Source of the DNA: Acidaminococcaceae bacterium
GTDB taxonomy: Bacteria > Bacillota > Negativicutes > Acidaminococcales > Acidaminococcaceae
Direction: 5' to 3'
Length of the DNA: 64,000 nt
NCBI GenBank assembly: GCA_017443005.1
Contig: JAFSPK010000052.1
Location: 265-64,264 of the forward strand
Positions 10,069 through 19,998 of the stretch are shown piece after piece (positions within the stretch are counted from its first letter, which is position 1; the number at the start of each line of letters is the position of its first letter). The notes beneath the pieces were generated by a model. The model was not told the origin of the DNA. It made no database searches and saw only the letters and a list, made by a program, of their open reading frames with translations. The translations under genes and the position numbers were made by a program.

Positions 10069-11342
10069 TTGTTTTGTTCACCGTGATGCTGCTGGTACTT
10101 CTGGCTACCGGCCTGCCGGTAGGCTTTGCCCTGGGAACGGGCGGTCTGGTAGGAATGCTTCTCTTCATGGGAGGGGACGGCACCCTGAACCAGATCCCGC
10201 TGCTGGCCTATAAATCCCTGGATGATTTTGTACTCTGTGCCGTGCCGTTGTATGTGCTGATGAGCCAGATCCTGCTGGAAGGCAAAGTGGGCAACGATCT
10301 GTTCGAACTGGGCAACAAATGGCTGCGGCATCTTCCCGGCGGTTTAGGCGCGGCGACCATCGTGGCCTGCGGTATTTTTGCCGCTATTACAGGCTCATCC
10401 GCAGCCTGTGCGGTTACCATCGGCGCCATTGCCATTCCGGAAATGCTGAAACGGAATTATGAACGGACCGTGGTACTGGGCGCAGTGGCGGCCGGCGGTA
10501 CCCTGGGCATCCTGATCCCGCCTTCCATCCCCATGATCCTCTACGGCGCCATTACCGGCGAGTCTATCGGCCAGCTGTTCATGTCCGGTGTAGTTCCCGG
10601 CTTTATGCTGACGATTTTCTTCATCGGCGTGGTGGTTTACAAATCCCGTAACCTGCCGCTGGAACCGAAAGCGTCCTGGGCGGAACGGATGGATGCGCTG
10701 AAAAGCTCCATCTGGGGCCTGCTGCTGCCGGTCATTGTCGTGGGCGGCATCTACACCGGCGCGTTCACACCGACGGAAGCGGCGGCTGTGGGAACGGTGT
10801 ATTCCCTCTTTATTACGTTCTGCATTTACAAGACCCTGAGCCTGAAGCATTTGCCGAATATCCTGCTGGGTACGGTAAAGACCTCTTCCATGATTTTCTG
10901 CATCATGATCGGCGCCACCCTGTTCGGTTTCGTACTGACGATCCTGCAGGTACCCCAGGCCCTGACTCTGATGGTTACGGAAATGCGGTTCAGCCGTTGG
11001 ATTTTCTTCATCATGATCAACTGCCTGCTGCTGTTTTTGGGCTGCATCCTGGAAACCGTTTCCATCATCTTTATTACGGTTCCCATCCTGTATCCCATCA
11101 TTCTGCAGCTGGGCTTTGACCCCATCTGGTTCAACGTGATCCTGCAGATTAACATGGAAATGGCCCTGATCACGCCGCCTGTCGGCATGAACCTGTTTGT
11201 GCTGCAGGGCGTCAGCCCCGACAGCAAGATGACCCAGATTGTTAAGGGCGTCATTCCCTATGCAGTTGTTATGGGCATTGAAATGCTCATCCTCTGCTTC
11301 GTTCCCGGACTGGCGACCTGGCTTCCCAGTGTGGTGAAATAG
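10065..11342 (+). CDS. dctM: TRAP large permease
   Basis: GTLGILIPPSIP, FTPTEAAA, ITPPVGMNLF. Confidence 0.92.
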   Translation: MIVLFTVMLLVLLATGLPVGFALGTGGLVGMLLFMGGDGTLNQIPLLAYKSLDDFVLCAVPLYVLMSQILLEGKVGNDLFELGNKWLRHLPGGLGAATIVACGIFAAITGSSAACAVTIGAIAIPEMLKRNYERTVVLGAVAAGGTLGILIPPSIPMILYGAITGESIGQLFMSGVVPGFMLTIFFIGVVVYKSRNLPLEPKASWAERMDALKSSIWGLLLPVIVVGGIYTGAFTPTEAAAVGTVYSLFITFCIYKTLSLKHLPNILLGTVKTSSMIFCIMIGATLFGFVLTILQVPQALTLMVTEMRFSRWIFFIMINCLLLFLGCILETVSIIFITVPILYPIILQLGFDPIWFNVILQINMEMALITPPVGMNLFVLQGVSPDSKMTQIVKGVIPYAVVMGIEMLILCFVPGLATWLPSVVK

Positions 11343-11412
11343 GGTGTAGTGAGAGCAGACTGGAGAGTAATGGTAATTCCGGTCTGGTGAAGATGAATTC
11401 AAAGGTTTTCGG

Positions 11413-11441
11413 TTGACAGTGAAAAACAAAACGAATATAAT
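11413..11441 (+). promoter_or_regulatory. Consensus sigma-A promoter upstream of typA
   Basis: TTGACA-17 nt-TATAAT. Confidence 0.8.
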
Positions 11442-11639
11442 AGTAAAGTCATAGACGAGGATGCTCTTATAAGCATCCTCATTCTTTTGTTGCAAAATCC
11501 CGGGGTAAGCATGCAGGGCGCGGACATTAGCTGCATTTTATGTACAGACGGTGTGCGGCAGAACGCAGGCAATCAGTTCAGCGTGATGTGTATTGTGCGT
11601 GCGATTGGGTTTATTTTAATTTAGAGAGGACACGGAAGA

Positions 11640-13475
11640 ATGATCAGAAACGATATCCGGAACATTGCCATCATCGCCCACGTCGATCATGGTAAAACGA
11701 CGTTAGTAGATGCGATGCTGAAGCAGAGCCACATTTTCCGCGCAAACGAAAAGGTTGCGGAACGCGTGATGGACTCCAATGACCTGGAGCGGGAACGCGG
11801 TATTACAATTTTGTCTAAAAATACTTCCGTTATGCATAACGGAACGAAAATCAATATTCTGGATACGCCGGGCCATGCAGACTTTGGCGGAGAAGTAGAA
11901 CGGGTGCTCACCATGGTGGACGGCGTGCTGCTGCTGGTTGACGCCTACGAAGGACCTATGCCCCAGACAAAGTATGTGCTGCGCAAGGCGCTGGAAAAGC
12001 ATCTGAAACCGATTGTGGTTATCAATAAAATCGACCGTCCGGACCAGCGTGCTACGGAAGTCGTTGATGAAGTGCTGGACCTGTTTATTGAACTGGATGC
12101 CGACGACGAACAGCTGGAATTCCCGGTTGTCTACGCTTCAGCCCGTTCCGGCTTTGCCAAATTATCCATGGAAGACGCCAGCGATAATCTGGAACCGCTG
12201 TTCCAGGTGATTCTGGACACGATTCCGGCGCCGGATGTGGAACCGGACCAGCCCTTGCAGATGCTGGCCAACACACTGGACTATGACTCCTATGTAGGTC
12301 GTATCGTGGTAGGCCGTGTCGTCCGGGGCACGATTAAGAACGGGCAGCAGATCGCACTGATGCATGAGGATAAGGTTTCCATTGAAAAGATCGGACGCCT
12401 GTATACCTATCAGGGACTGAAACGTGTAGAGACGGCAGAAGTTAAGGCCGGTGACATTGTAGCGCTGATCGGTCTGAGCAATGTGGAGATCGGCGATACC
12501 ATTGCAGATCCGGAACAGCCGGAAGCGCTGGCCGGTATTAAAATTGACGAACCGACCCTTTCCATGGAGTTTTTAGTGAATGACAGTCCCTTTGCCGGCA
12601 AAGAGGGCGAGTATGTAACCAGCCGCCATCTGCGGGACCGTCTGATGAAAGAGATTCAGACCAACGTGGCCATGCGCGTGGAGGAAACAGAGAACACCGA
12701 CACATTTATCGTAAAAGGCCGCGGCGAACTGCATCTGTCCATTTTGATTGAGACGATGCGCCGGGAAGGCTTTGAAATGCAGGTCGGCAAGCCGAAGGTC
12801 ATCCTGCGCAAAGATAAAGACGGACATACCATGGAACCCATGGAAGCGCTGACCATTGATGTGCCGCAGGATTTCATGGGCGTTGTCATGGAAGACCTGG
12901 GAACCCGCAAGGCCGAGCTGGTAAACATGCATGAAATGGCCGGCTATATGCGGCTGGAGTTTAAGATTCCCGCCAGAGGGCTCATCGGGTTCCGTAACCA
13001 GTTCCTTACCGATACCAAAGGCAACGGCGTCATGAACCATGTGTATGCCGGGTATGATTATTACAAAGGACCCATTCCCGGACGCACCCGGGGCAGTCTG
13101 GTGGCTTTTGAAAACGGCGAGACCTGTGCGTACGGTATCGGGAACTGCCAGGAACGGGGCATTATGTATATTGTGCCGGGTCAGAATGTATATCAGGGAG
13201 AAGTCATCGGCGAAAACTCCCGCGAAGATGACATGGACGTCAATCCCTGCAAGAAGAAACACGTGTCCAACATGCGCGCTTCCGGCAGCGACGACGCCAT
13301 CCGCCTGATTCCTCCCATTTTCTTCTCGCTGGAACAGGCGCTGGAGCATATCAATGACGACGAACTGGTAGAAGTGACGCCGAAAAGCATCCGTATGCGC
13401 AAACGGGTTTTGGACCGTGTAGAGCGGGGTCGTATGCGCGGACGGGCAAAAAATGCGGCGGCTGCTGAAAAATAA
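11640..13475 (+). CDS. typA: Translational GTPase TypA/BipA
   Basis: [34 protein letters not shown]. Confidence 0.97.
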   Translation: MIRNDIRNIAIIAHVDHGKTTLVDAMLKQSHIFRANEKVAERVMDSNDLERERGITILSKNTSVMHNGTKINILDTPGHADFGGEVERVLTMVDGVLLLVDAYEGPMPQTKYVLRKALEKHLKPIVVINKIDRPDQRATEVVDEVLDLFIELDADDEQLEFPVVYASARSGFAKLSMEDASDNLEPLFQVILDTIPAPDVEPDQPLQMLANTLDYDSYVGRIVVGRVVRGTIKNGQQIALMHEDKVSIEKIGRLYTYQGLKRVETAEVKAGDIVALIGLSNVEIGDTIADPEQPEALAGIKIDEPTLSMEFLVNDSPFAGKEGEYVTSRHLRDRLMKEIQTNVAMRVEETENTDTFIVKGRGELHLSILIETMRREGFEMQVGKPKVILRKDKDGHTMEPMEALTIDVPQDFMGVVMEDLGTRKAELVNMHEMAGYMRLEFKIPARGLIGFRNQFLTDTKGNGVMNHVYAGYDYYKGPIPGRTRGSLVAFENGETCAYGIGNCQERGIMYIVPGQNVYQGEVIGENSREDDMDVNPCKKKHVSNMRASGSDDAIRLIPPIFFSLEQALEHINDDELVEVTPKSIRMRKRVLDRVERGRMRGRAKNAAAAEK

Positions 13476-13667
13476 AGCGGCTCAGCGTTCCTATTTTGGT
13501 AAAAAAGCATCCTTTCATTCCTAAATTTTCGGCATTTCGGACAGGAAATATGAAAAAATCCTGCTTTTTTGGCATTTTTTTAAGAAAAACAGTTGTGTTT
13601 TTTTATAAATCTGCTACAATGTAAAGAGGAGTTTTGTCTTTTACTCAAACCGGATGGAGGCTCATGC

Positions 13668-14024
13668 ATGATGGATTTTAAGAATTCTGCAATGAAACTG
13701 TTCAGCAATGAAGAACCGATAGATATCTATACGGGTCCGTATGTTGTACGGCCGGGCGAATTGGACATTCTGGTGCGCACCCCTCATACCTATGAAGACG
13801 CAGTTTCCTATGCGGATAAGCTGATTGAAGGCTGCGCGGTCATGGTGAATTTTACGGAAGTGGATAAAGAGACGCGCAACCGGATCTTTGATTATATGTG
13901 CGGCGTCAGCTACATTGTAAATGCCAGCATTTCCAAGGTCAGCGATACCATCATGATGTACGCGCCTGCCCGGGTAGAGGTTGAAAAACAGGTTGCCAGG
14001 AAAACTTCCTGGCTGGGACGATGA
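13668..14024 (+). CDS. sepF: SepF-like cell division protein
   Basis: P..YEDA...ADKL..G.AV.VN, RIFDYMCG.SY; GGAGG RBS. Confidence 0.7.
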   Translation: MMDFKNSAMKLFSNEEPIDIYTGPYVVRPGELDILVRTPHTYEDAVSYADKLIEGCAVMVNFTEVDKETRNRIFDYMCGVSYIVNASISKVSDTIMMYAPARVEVEKQVARKTSWLGR

Positions 14025-14035
14025 ATTGATAATAT

Positions 14036-14068
14036 AACGGCTGTCTATAAAAAGGCAGCCGTTTTTTA
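14036..14068 (+). terminator. Intrinsic terminator between sepF-like and uraA
   Basis: AACGGCTGTC-loop-GGCAGCCGTT then TTTT. Confidence 0.65.
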
Positions 14069-14092
14069 TGAAAAGAAACAGGAGGAAAAATC

Positions 14093-15340
14093 ATGTCGCA
14101 TAAAGTTATCCAGGTTGAAGAACGCGTACCGCTGTTGATGAATATTCCGCTGAGCCTGCAGCATTTGTTTGCCATGTTCGGGGCCACGGTACTGGTGCCG
14201 TTCCTGTTTAAGTTAAACCCCAACACCTGCCTGTTCATGAATGGCGTTGGCACATTGCTTTACATCTTTCTCACGAAAGGCAAGATCCCCTCGTATCTGG
14301 GTTCCAGCTTTGCCTTTATTTCTCCTGTGCTTCTGATCATGGCGACCCATCCCTATTCGGATGCCCAGTCCGGTTTCATCGTATTCGGCCTGTTGTTCGT
14401 CCTGTTCTCATTTATAGTTAAAATGATGGGAACAAAATGGATCGATTTCATTTTCCCTCCGGCCGCGATGGGGGCCATTGTTTCCATCATCGGCCTCGAA
14501 CTGGCGCCGACCGCGGCTTCCATGGCCGGGCTGGTAGGGGATAAAATTGAAATGAACAACGTGATGGTTTCCGTATTCACCTTGCTGGTCACCGTCATCG
14601 GGTCCGTTGCGTTCAAGGGATTTATGGCCATCATCCCAATCTTGTTCGGGGTTGTCTGCGGCTATGTGCTGGCCTTTTTCCTGGGTATGGTGGACATGAC
14701 GCCTGTGATCAATGCGCCCTGGTTCGCCGTTCCGCAGTTTTCCACACCGACCTTTAATCTGGATGCCATTGCGATTATTGCGCCGGCGGCGCTGGTGGTG
14801 CTGACCGAACACATCGGGCACCTGATGGTAACAGGTAATATCGTAGGCCGCGACCTGATGAAGGAACCCGGTCTGGACCGTTCCCTGTTCGCGGACGGCT
14901 GCTCCAATATTTTGTCCGGTCTGTTCGGTGCGACGCCGAATACGACCTACGGTGAAAATATCGGCGTCATGGCAATCACCAAAGTCTACAGCGTCTGGGT
15001 CATCGGAGGCGCCGCAGTATTTGCCATCCTGTTATCCTTTATCGGCAAGTTAAGCCAGCTGATCCACGGTATTCCGGGACCGGTCATGGGCGGCGTCTGC
15101 ATGTTGCTGTTCGGTGTTATTGCCGCGTCCGGATTCCGTCTCCTGGTTGAACAGAAGGTAGATTACAGCAAATCCCGCAACCTGACCATGACGGCAGTGG
15201 TTATGATCGTAGGCCTTTCCGGGGCCAAACTGACCTTTGGCACCATTACGGTACAGGGGATGGTGCTGGCCACGCTGGTAGCGATCCTGTTAAGCCTGTT
15301 GTTCCATCTGTTTGAGCACCTGGGCCTGATGGAAGAATAA
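14093..15340 (+). CDS. uraA: Uracil permease (NCS2)
   Basis: SLQHLFAMFGATVLVP, YLGSSFAF, PNTTYGENIG. Confidence 0.93.
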   Translation: MSHKVIQVEERVPLLMNIPLSLQHLFAMFGATVLVPFLFKLNPNTCLFMNGVGTLLYIFLTKGKIPSYLGSSFAFISPVLLIMATHPYSDAQSGFIVFGLLFVLFSFIVKMMGTKWIDFIFPPAAMGAIVSIIGLELAPTAASMAGLVGDKIEMNNVMVSVFTLLVTVIGSVAFKGFMAIIPILFGVVCGYVLAFFLGMVDMTPVINAPWFAVPQFSTPTFNLDAIAIIAPAALVVLTEHIGHLMVTGNIVGRDLMKEPGLDRSLFADGCSNILSGLFGATPNTTYGENIGVMAITKVYSVWVIGGAAVFAILLSFIGKLSQLIHGIPGPVMGGVCMLLFGVIAASGFRLLVEQKVDYSKSRNLTMTAVVMIVGLSGAKLTFGTITVQGMVLATLVAILLSLLFHLFEHLGLMEE

Positions 15341-15633
15341 ATAGCCACAGTGTCATCCTGTTGCAAAATCATCCGCCGGGTCTTCGGGTTCGGCGGATTT
15401 TTGTGTTTTACAGGAAACTGCAGCCATAATTCCAGTTTTTGATTCATGCTGTTCAGCGAAGAAAGTATGGATGGTTCCATTGTAGATAAAACAGCTTGCC
15501 AGAATTATCATTATAAAGTATAATAAACTATCAAGACAGGGAATCATATAAAATATGTATCGTATCTATACCCGTCGGTTTTAGATTTTAAGATAAAATA
15601 TCAGTGAAGCGTTCAGGGAAGGAGGTGTTCCGG

Positions 15634-18171
15634 ATGCAGTCAAAAGGCATGCTTGACTTCTTCAAAAATCGAAATAAGCTTGTTTCTGTATCGGATTTTC
15701 TGGAACATTCTTCTTATGATGAACTGATAGAAATCGATCTAAATGAAAACCGGTACAGATTCGTGTATAACGTGGCGGATAAGTATTATGCGCCTGTTAC
15801 AGCTGGCGTATACAGTGAGTTTTACAGGTATGCCGCGGACCATATGATTCATCCGGACGATGCCGGATTCTATGCGGACATAATGAATCCGGATACGATT
15901 TTACAGCGGATGGCGGAGGAAGAACTGCGGGATACGTTTGAATTCCGTTTCCGGACCACGGATATGAAAAAGGGCTGGCGCTGGATCGATTCCATTCTCC
16001 TTGCGGGACCCTGTCACGGCCTGCCGAAGGGAATTATCCGATGCTACATCTTTGACATTCAGAACATCAAAGACAGGGAAGAAGGCCGGACCCTGGTCGC
16101 CCGTGAGGCAAGTACGCTCCTGTTAGATCCTCTTACCGGACTGAAACGGGAAAAGGATTATTTCCATTCTGTGGAAGAACTGCTGAAAGCCCATCCGGAA
16201 CAGAAATGGATGATGGTTGTTTTTGATATTGAACAGTTCAAGATGTTCAACGAATGGTACGGACGGGAAGCCGGGGATATGGTGCTGGCCCGGATCGGGG
16301 CAGGCATCCGTAAAGATGCTGAAAGAACGAACGGCTTGGCGGGGTATCTGGGAAACGATGATTATTCCATGTTCCTGCCTGCCGGGAGTTTACAGATGGA
16401 AGAGTTGTTTAACAATCTTCACAAAGCTATTATGCGCTACGGGGTGTCCGTGGGATTCCTCCCTGCTATCGGCGTCAGCTATTCCAAGGAAGAGGATACG
16501 GTGATGCGCCTCTACGATGAGGCGAGCATGGCCATGCGGAATGCCAAGACGAATTTTAAAAACCGTATCCGGTACTTTGACCCTTCCATGTATACTAAAA
16601 TTGCGTCTGACTACCAGATCCTTTCGGATTTCCAGTCTGCGCTGAAAAATAACGAGATTATTTTCTACCTGCAGCCCCAGTGCCGGGCTTCAACAGCCAG
16701 TATTGTGGGGGCTGAAGCGCTGGCCCGGTGGGTAAAACCGGACGGTACGATGATTTCTCCGCTTGTGTTCGTTCCCATATTGGAAAAATACGGTTTCATC
16801 CCGGACCTGGATAAGTTTATCTGGGAAGAAGTGTGCCGCTGGCTGAAGAGCTGTGAAACACGGGGCCTGCCTCTGGTTCCCGTTTCGTTGAATGTGTCCG
16901 CGGTTGATATCTTTACGTTTAATGTACCTGAATATATTCAGTTCCTTGTAGAGAAATACCATCTTCCCAAAAAGGCATTGAAGGTCGAAATAACCGAATC
17001 TGCCTGTGCGGACGATCCGGAGAAAATGCAGGCTGTGGTGCGGGAACTCCGCAACAACGGTTTTATGGTGCTGATGGACGATTTCGGCAGCGGGTATTCG
17101 TCTCTGAATATGCTGTTTGAACTGAATATTGACGTGCTGAAGATGGATGCGCATTTCCTGCATATGGATGAAGATACCATTGAAAAGGGAATCCATATCC
17201 TGGAATCCATCGTCTATATGGCGAAATCCATGCGCCTCCCGGTTATTGTGGAAGGCGTGGAAAACCAGGGGCAGAAGGAATATCTGCAAAGCTTGGGCTG
17301 CCAGTATATTCAAGGTTACTATTTTTATAAACCCTTAACGATCGCTGATTTTGAGGATTTGGTATCCAACCCCTTTAACGTTGACGACAAAGGCTTTGTC
17401 TTTATTGCCAATGAGGAGTTCCGTGTCCGGGAGTTTTTGAATGACGCAGTGTACAGCGATGCCATGCTGAACAATATTTTGGGACCGGCGGCCATCTATT
17501 CCTGGGATAAAGAGGACGTAGATATTATCCGTTTCAACCATAAATTCCAGGAAGCGGTGGACGTTCCCGACTTCAGTGAGCGGCTGGATAAGATCCAGCG
17601 GTTCATGCCCCCTGCTGACCGAAAGCTGATGTACAGGACGATGGAAAAGGCACGGCTGGACAGGATGAACGGGGCCAGTGCCGTCATGAGTTTTGGCAGA
17701 GTTGACGGAACCTATTCCCGTTTCTGGATACACTTTTATTATCTGGATGAAGCGGAAGGACGGATGCGTTTTTACGGTTCAGCCCGGGACGTGACGGAAC
17801 TGACCAACCTGAACCGGCATATGGACCTGCTTGCCCGTTTCCTTTCGGAATGTGTCATTTTCCAGGTATATAACCATGGCATTTATTCGTTCCGGGTAGC
17901 GGCCCAGGGACTGGAACAGGAAATGCAGATATCCAGGGAGGAACTGGAACTGGAACTGAATTCCGGCAAATTCATCCGGCGCATTGCCAAAAAGGACAGG
18001 AAGAGAATTGTCCGGCTTGGTGTGAATGCTATCAAGAAGAAAGAAGACTTCTCAGCAGCATTTACCATGAATCTGGCAGATGGAAACGCAAAGGACTTCT
18101 TACTGAAAGCAGATATGGTTGAGGATCCTGTTAGCGACGTGAAGTGTATCCTGTCGGTGCATTGTAAATAA
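15634..18171 (+). CDS. PAS-GGDEF(degenerate GNDDY)-EAL c-di-GMP phosphodiesterase
   Basis: DPLTGL, EALARW, EITES, DDFGSGYSSL, EGVE, QGYYF. Confidence 0.88.
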   Translation: MQSKGMLDFFKNRNKLVSVSDFLEHSSYDELIEIDLNENRYRFVYNVADKYYAPVTAGVYSEFYRYAADHMIHPDDAGFYADIMNPDTILQRMAEEELRDTFEFRFRTTDMKKGWRWIDSILLAGPCHGLPKGIIRCYIFDIQNIKDREEGRTLVAREASTLLLDPLTGLKREKDYFHSVEELLKAHPEQKWMMVVFDIEQFKMFNEWYGREAGDMVLARIGAGIRKDAERTNGLAGYLGNDDYSMFLPAGSLQMEELFNNLHKAIMRYGVSVGFLPAIGVSYSKEEDTVMRLYDEASMAMRNAKTNFKNRIRYFDPSMYTKIASDYQILSDFQSALKNNEIIFYLQPQCRASTASIVGAEALARWVKPDGTMISPLVFVPILEKYGFIPDLDKFIWEEVCRWLKSCETRGLPLVPVSLNVSAVDIFTFNVPEYIQFLVEKYHLPKKALKVEITESACADDPEKMQAVVRELRNNGFMVLMDDFGSGYSSLNMLFELNIDVLKMDAHFLHMDEDTIEKGIHILESIVYMAKSMRLPVIVEGVENQGQKEYLQSLGCQYIQGYYFYKPLTIADFEDLVSNPFNVDDKGFVFIANEEFRVREFLNDAVYSDAMLNNILGPAAIYSWDKEDVDIIRFNHKFQEAVDVPDFSERLDKIQRFMPPADRKLMYRTMEKARLDRMNGASAVMSFGRVDGTYSRFWIHFYYLDEAEGRMRFYGSARDVTELTNLNRHMDLLARFLSECVIFQVYNHGIYSFRVAAQGLEQEMQISREELELELNSGKFIRRIAKKDRKRIVRLGVNAIKKKEDFSAAFTMNLADGNAKDFLLKADMVEDPVSDVKCILSVHCK

Positions 18172-18224
18172 AAAACAGCTGTACGGGTTTGCTGATAAAC
18201 TCCGTACAGCTTTTCTGTTTGCAG

Positions 18225-18566
18225 TTATGAGATCTTTCCGGGTGTGGAGGGGAACGATTCACCGTCTTTCAGCGTTTTGGATGCGCCCTTCAGTGCCTGC
18301 AATAATTCCGGTGAACCTGCCGGATGAGCCTGGCAGATCGTTTGCAGTTCCATAAAGGTCTTGAACTCGCTTCCCCAACGGTAGCGGCCTTCGCTGTCGT
18401 AGCAGGCCAGCACCAGATTCTGCTTGGCCCGGACCGGTGTCCTGCCGTTGTCGTCGGTGACGGTAACATATACGTTATCCGGAAAATCCATGACATAGGT
18501 GACGGTGTCTTCTTCCGTTTCTTCCAGAAAACCTAACAGGAAAAATTCTTTGGCTAAATCTAACAT
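18225..18566 (-). CDS. Hypothetical protein (113 aa)
   Basis: GGAGG RBS before ATG at 18566; the longer track ORF merely reads through the repeat. Confidence 0.6.
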   Translation of the reverse strand: MLDLAKEFFLLGFLEETEEDTVTYVMDFPDNVYVTVTDDNGRTPVRAKQNLVLACYDSEGRYRWGSEFKTFMELQTICQAHPAGSPELLQALKGASKTLKDGESFPSTPGKIS

Positions 18567-18598
18567 GGAATCATCCTCCTTCTGCTGTCGCGTCTTGT

Positions 18599-18762
18599 TA
18601 AGGAAACGATGATTAATTCGTCTGCACGCTGACCGGTGCTTTTTGTGACTGACTGCGTCAATGTCCCTCAACGCAGCTACGGCTGCGCCCTCGGGCCATT
18701 TTCTTGTCAGTCGCAAAAAGCCCTCGGTCATCGCACAAACTCATTTAATCATCGTCTCCTTA
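18599..18762. mobile_element. 164-bp palindromic MITE/REP-like element, copy 1
   Basis: TA-bounded terminal inverted repeats TAAGGAAACGATGATTAA/TTAATCATCGTCTCCTTA; near-identical to 31603 and 41169. Confidence 0.85.
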
Positions 18763-18904
18763 TAATTTTCTTTTTTATTTTACCATGAATCGAAAGTGTT
18801 GTATAATAAAAAATGAAAAGGAACCCAAATTGTGATGGACATGCAATGAATCATGGGAGCAACGGGTTCATTCAGTTGACGTCTGGCAAAGGCGGGAGGC
18901 ACTT

Positions 18905-19120
18905 TTGAAAAAAACGGAAGAACAGAAGAAAAATGAAATACGGCCGGGCATGCAGGTGGAATTCATCTGTCCCAGATGCGGGACACATCTGGCGTGGGCT
19001 TTGCCAAATATGGAATTAAACTGTCCCAAGTGCGGCAACTGGGTCACAAACCAAAACCGGAAAAAGCCGGATCTGGATCTGATGCTGCCGACGGATGACG
19101 ACCAGTTGACGTTGTTTTAA
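18905..19120 (+). CDS. Small zinc-ribbon protein
   Basis: CPRC and CPKC pairs, GGAGG RBS. Confidence 0.7.
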   Translation: MKKTEEQKKNEIRPGMQVEFICPRCGTHLAWALPNMELNCPKCGNWVTNQNRKKPDLDLMLPTDDDQLTLF

Positions 19121-19169
19121 GGAAACGCTGATTAATTCGTCAGCGCGCGGACAATGAATCAGTGTTTTT
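19118..19169. repeat. Internally deleted mini-copy of the 164-bp element
   Basis: TAAGGAAACGCTGATTAATTCGTC...AATCAGTGTTT. Confidence 0.65.
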
Positions 19170-19215
19170 TATAATAAAATATATAATAAATACAAAAAAG
19201 AAAGAGGCGTAAACT

Positions 19216-19863
19216 ATGAAGATTTTTATGGATACAGCTAATGTAGAAGAAATCAGGGAATTTGCGGATATGGGTATCGTGTACGGCGTGACCACCAATC
19301 CGTCTTTGATCGCCAAATCGGGACGCACCCAGGCGGAAGTGATCCCGGAAATCTGCGCGCTGATTCCCGGCCCTGTAAGCGCCGAAGTGATCAGCCAGGG
19401 TTGTGAAGGCATGGTCAGGGAAGCCAGGGAACTGGTTAAAATTGCGGAGAATGTGGTGGTAAAAATTCCCTGCATCACAGAGGGGTTGAAGGCAGTCAAG
19501 ATTCTGGCGGCGGAAGGGATCAAAACCAACGTAACGTTGGTGTTCAGCCTGGGGCAGGCGCTGCTGGCGGCCCGCGCCGGTGCATCCTATGTGAGTCCCT
19601 TCATCGGACGTCTGGACGATATCGGCCAGGATGGCTCCAAACTAGTGGAAGATATGGTGAAAGTATTCCACAATTACCAGTTTAATACAGAAATTATAGC
19701 TGCCAGCGTGCGCAATATGGAACATGTTGACAGGATGATGCTGGCCGGGGCGGATATCGCTACGATTCCGACGAAGGTTCTGCGTGAGCTGATCAAACAT
19801 GAACTGACCGACAAAGGGCTGGCGAAATTTATGGAAGATTATCAGAACAGCCTGAAAAAGTAA
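19216..19863 (+). CDS. fsa: Transaldolase/fructose-6-phosphate aldolase family
   Basis: [36 protein letters not shown]. Confidence 0.9.
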   Translation: MKIFMDTANVEEIREFADMGIVYGVTTNPSLIAKSGRTQAEVIPEICALIPGPVSAEVISQGCEGMVREARELVKIAENVVVKIPCITEGLKAVKILAAEGIKTNVTLVFSLGQALLAARAGASYVSPFIGRLDDIGQDGSKLVEDMVKVFHNYQFNTEIIAASVRNMEHVDRMMLAGADIATIPTKVLRELIKHELTDKGLAKFMEDYQNSLKK

Positions 19864-19998
19864 TGGAGCGTTTCCTTAAACATCAATATATTGACAGGTA
19901 ATGTACGTTATTAATCAGCGTTTTAAAATCTACAGCTACACGGATGAACGGCCGTATCGTCCATCCGTGTTTCTGTTCCCGGAGGAGTTAGTAAAGCT

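Noticed and set aside
14025-14092. PyrR attenuator before uraA
   Set aside because: Only a terminator hairpin; no PyrR-binding loop motif or room for an antiterminator.
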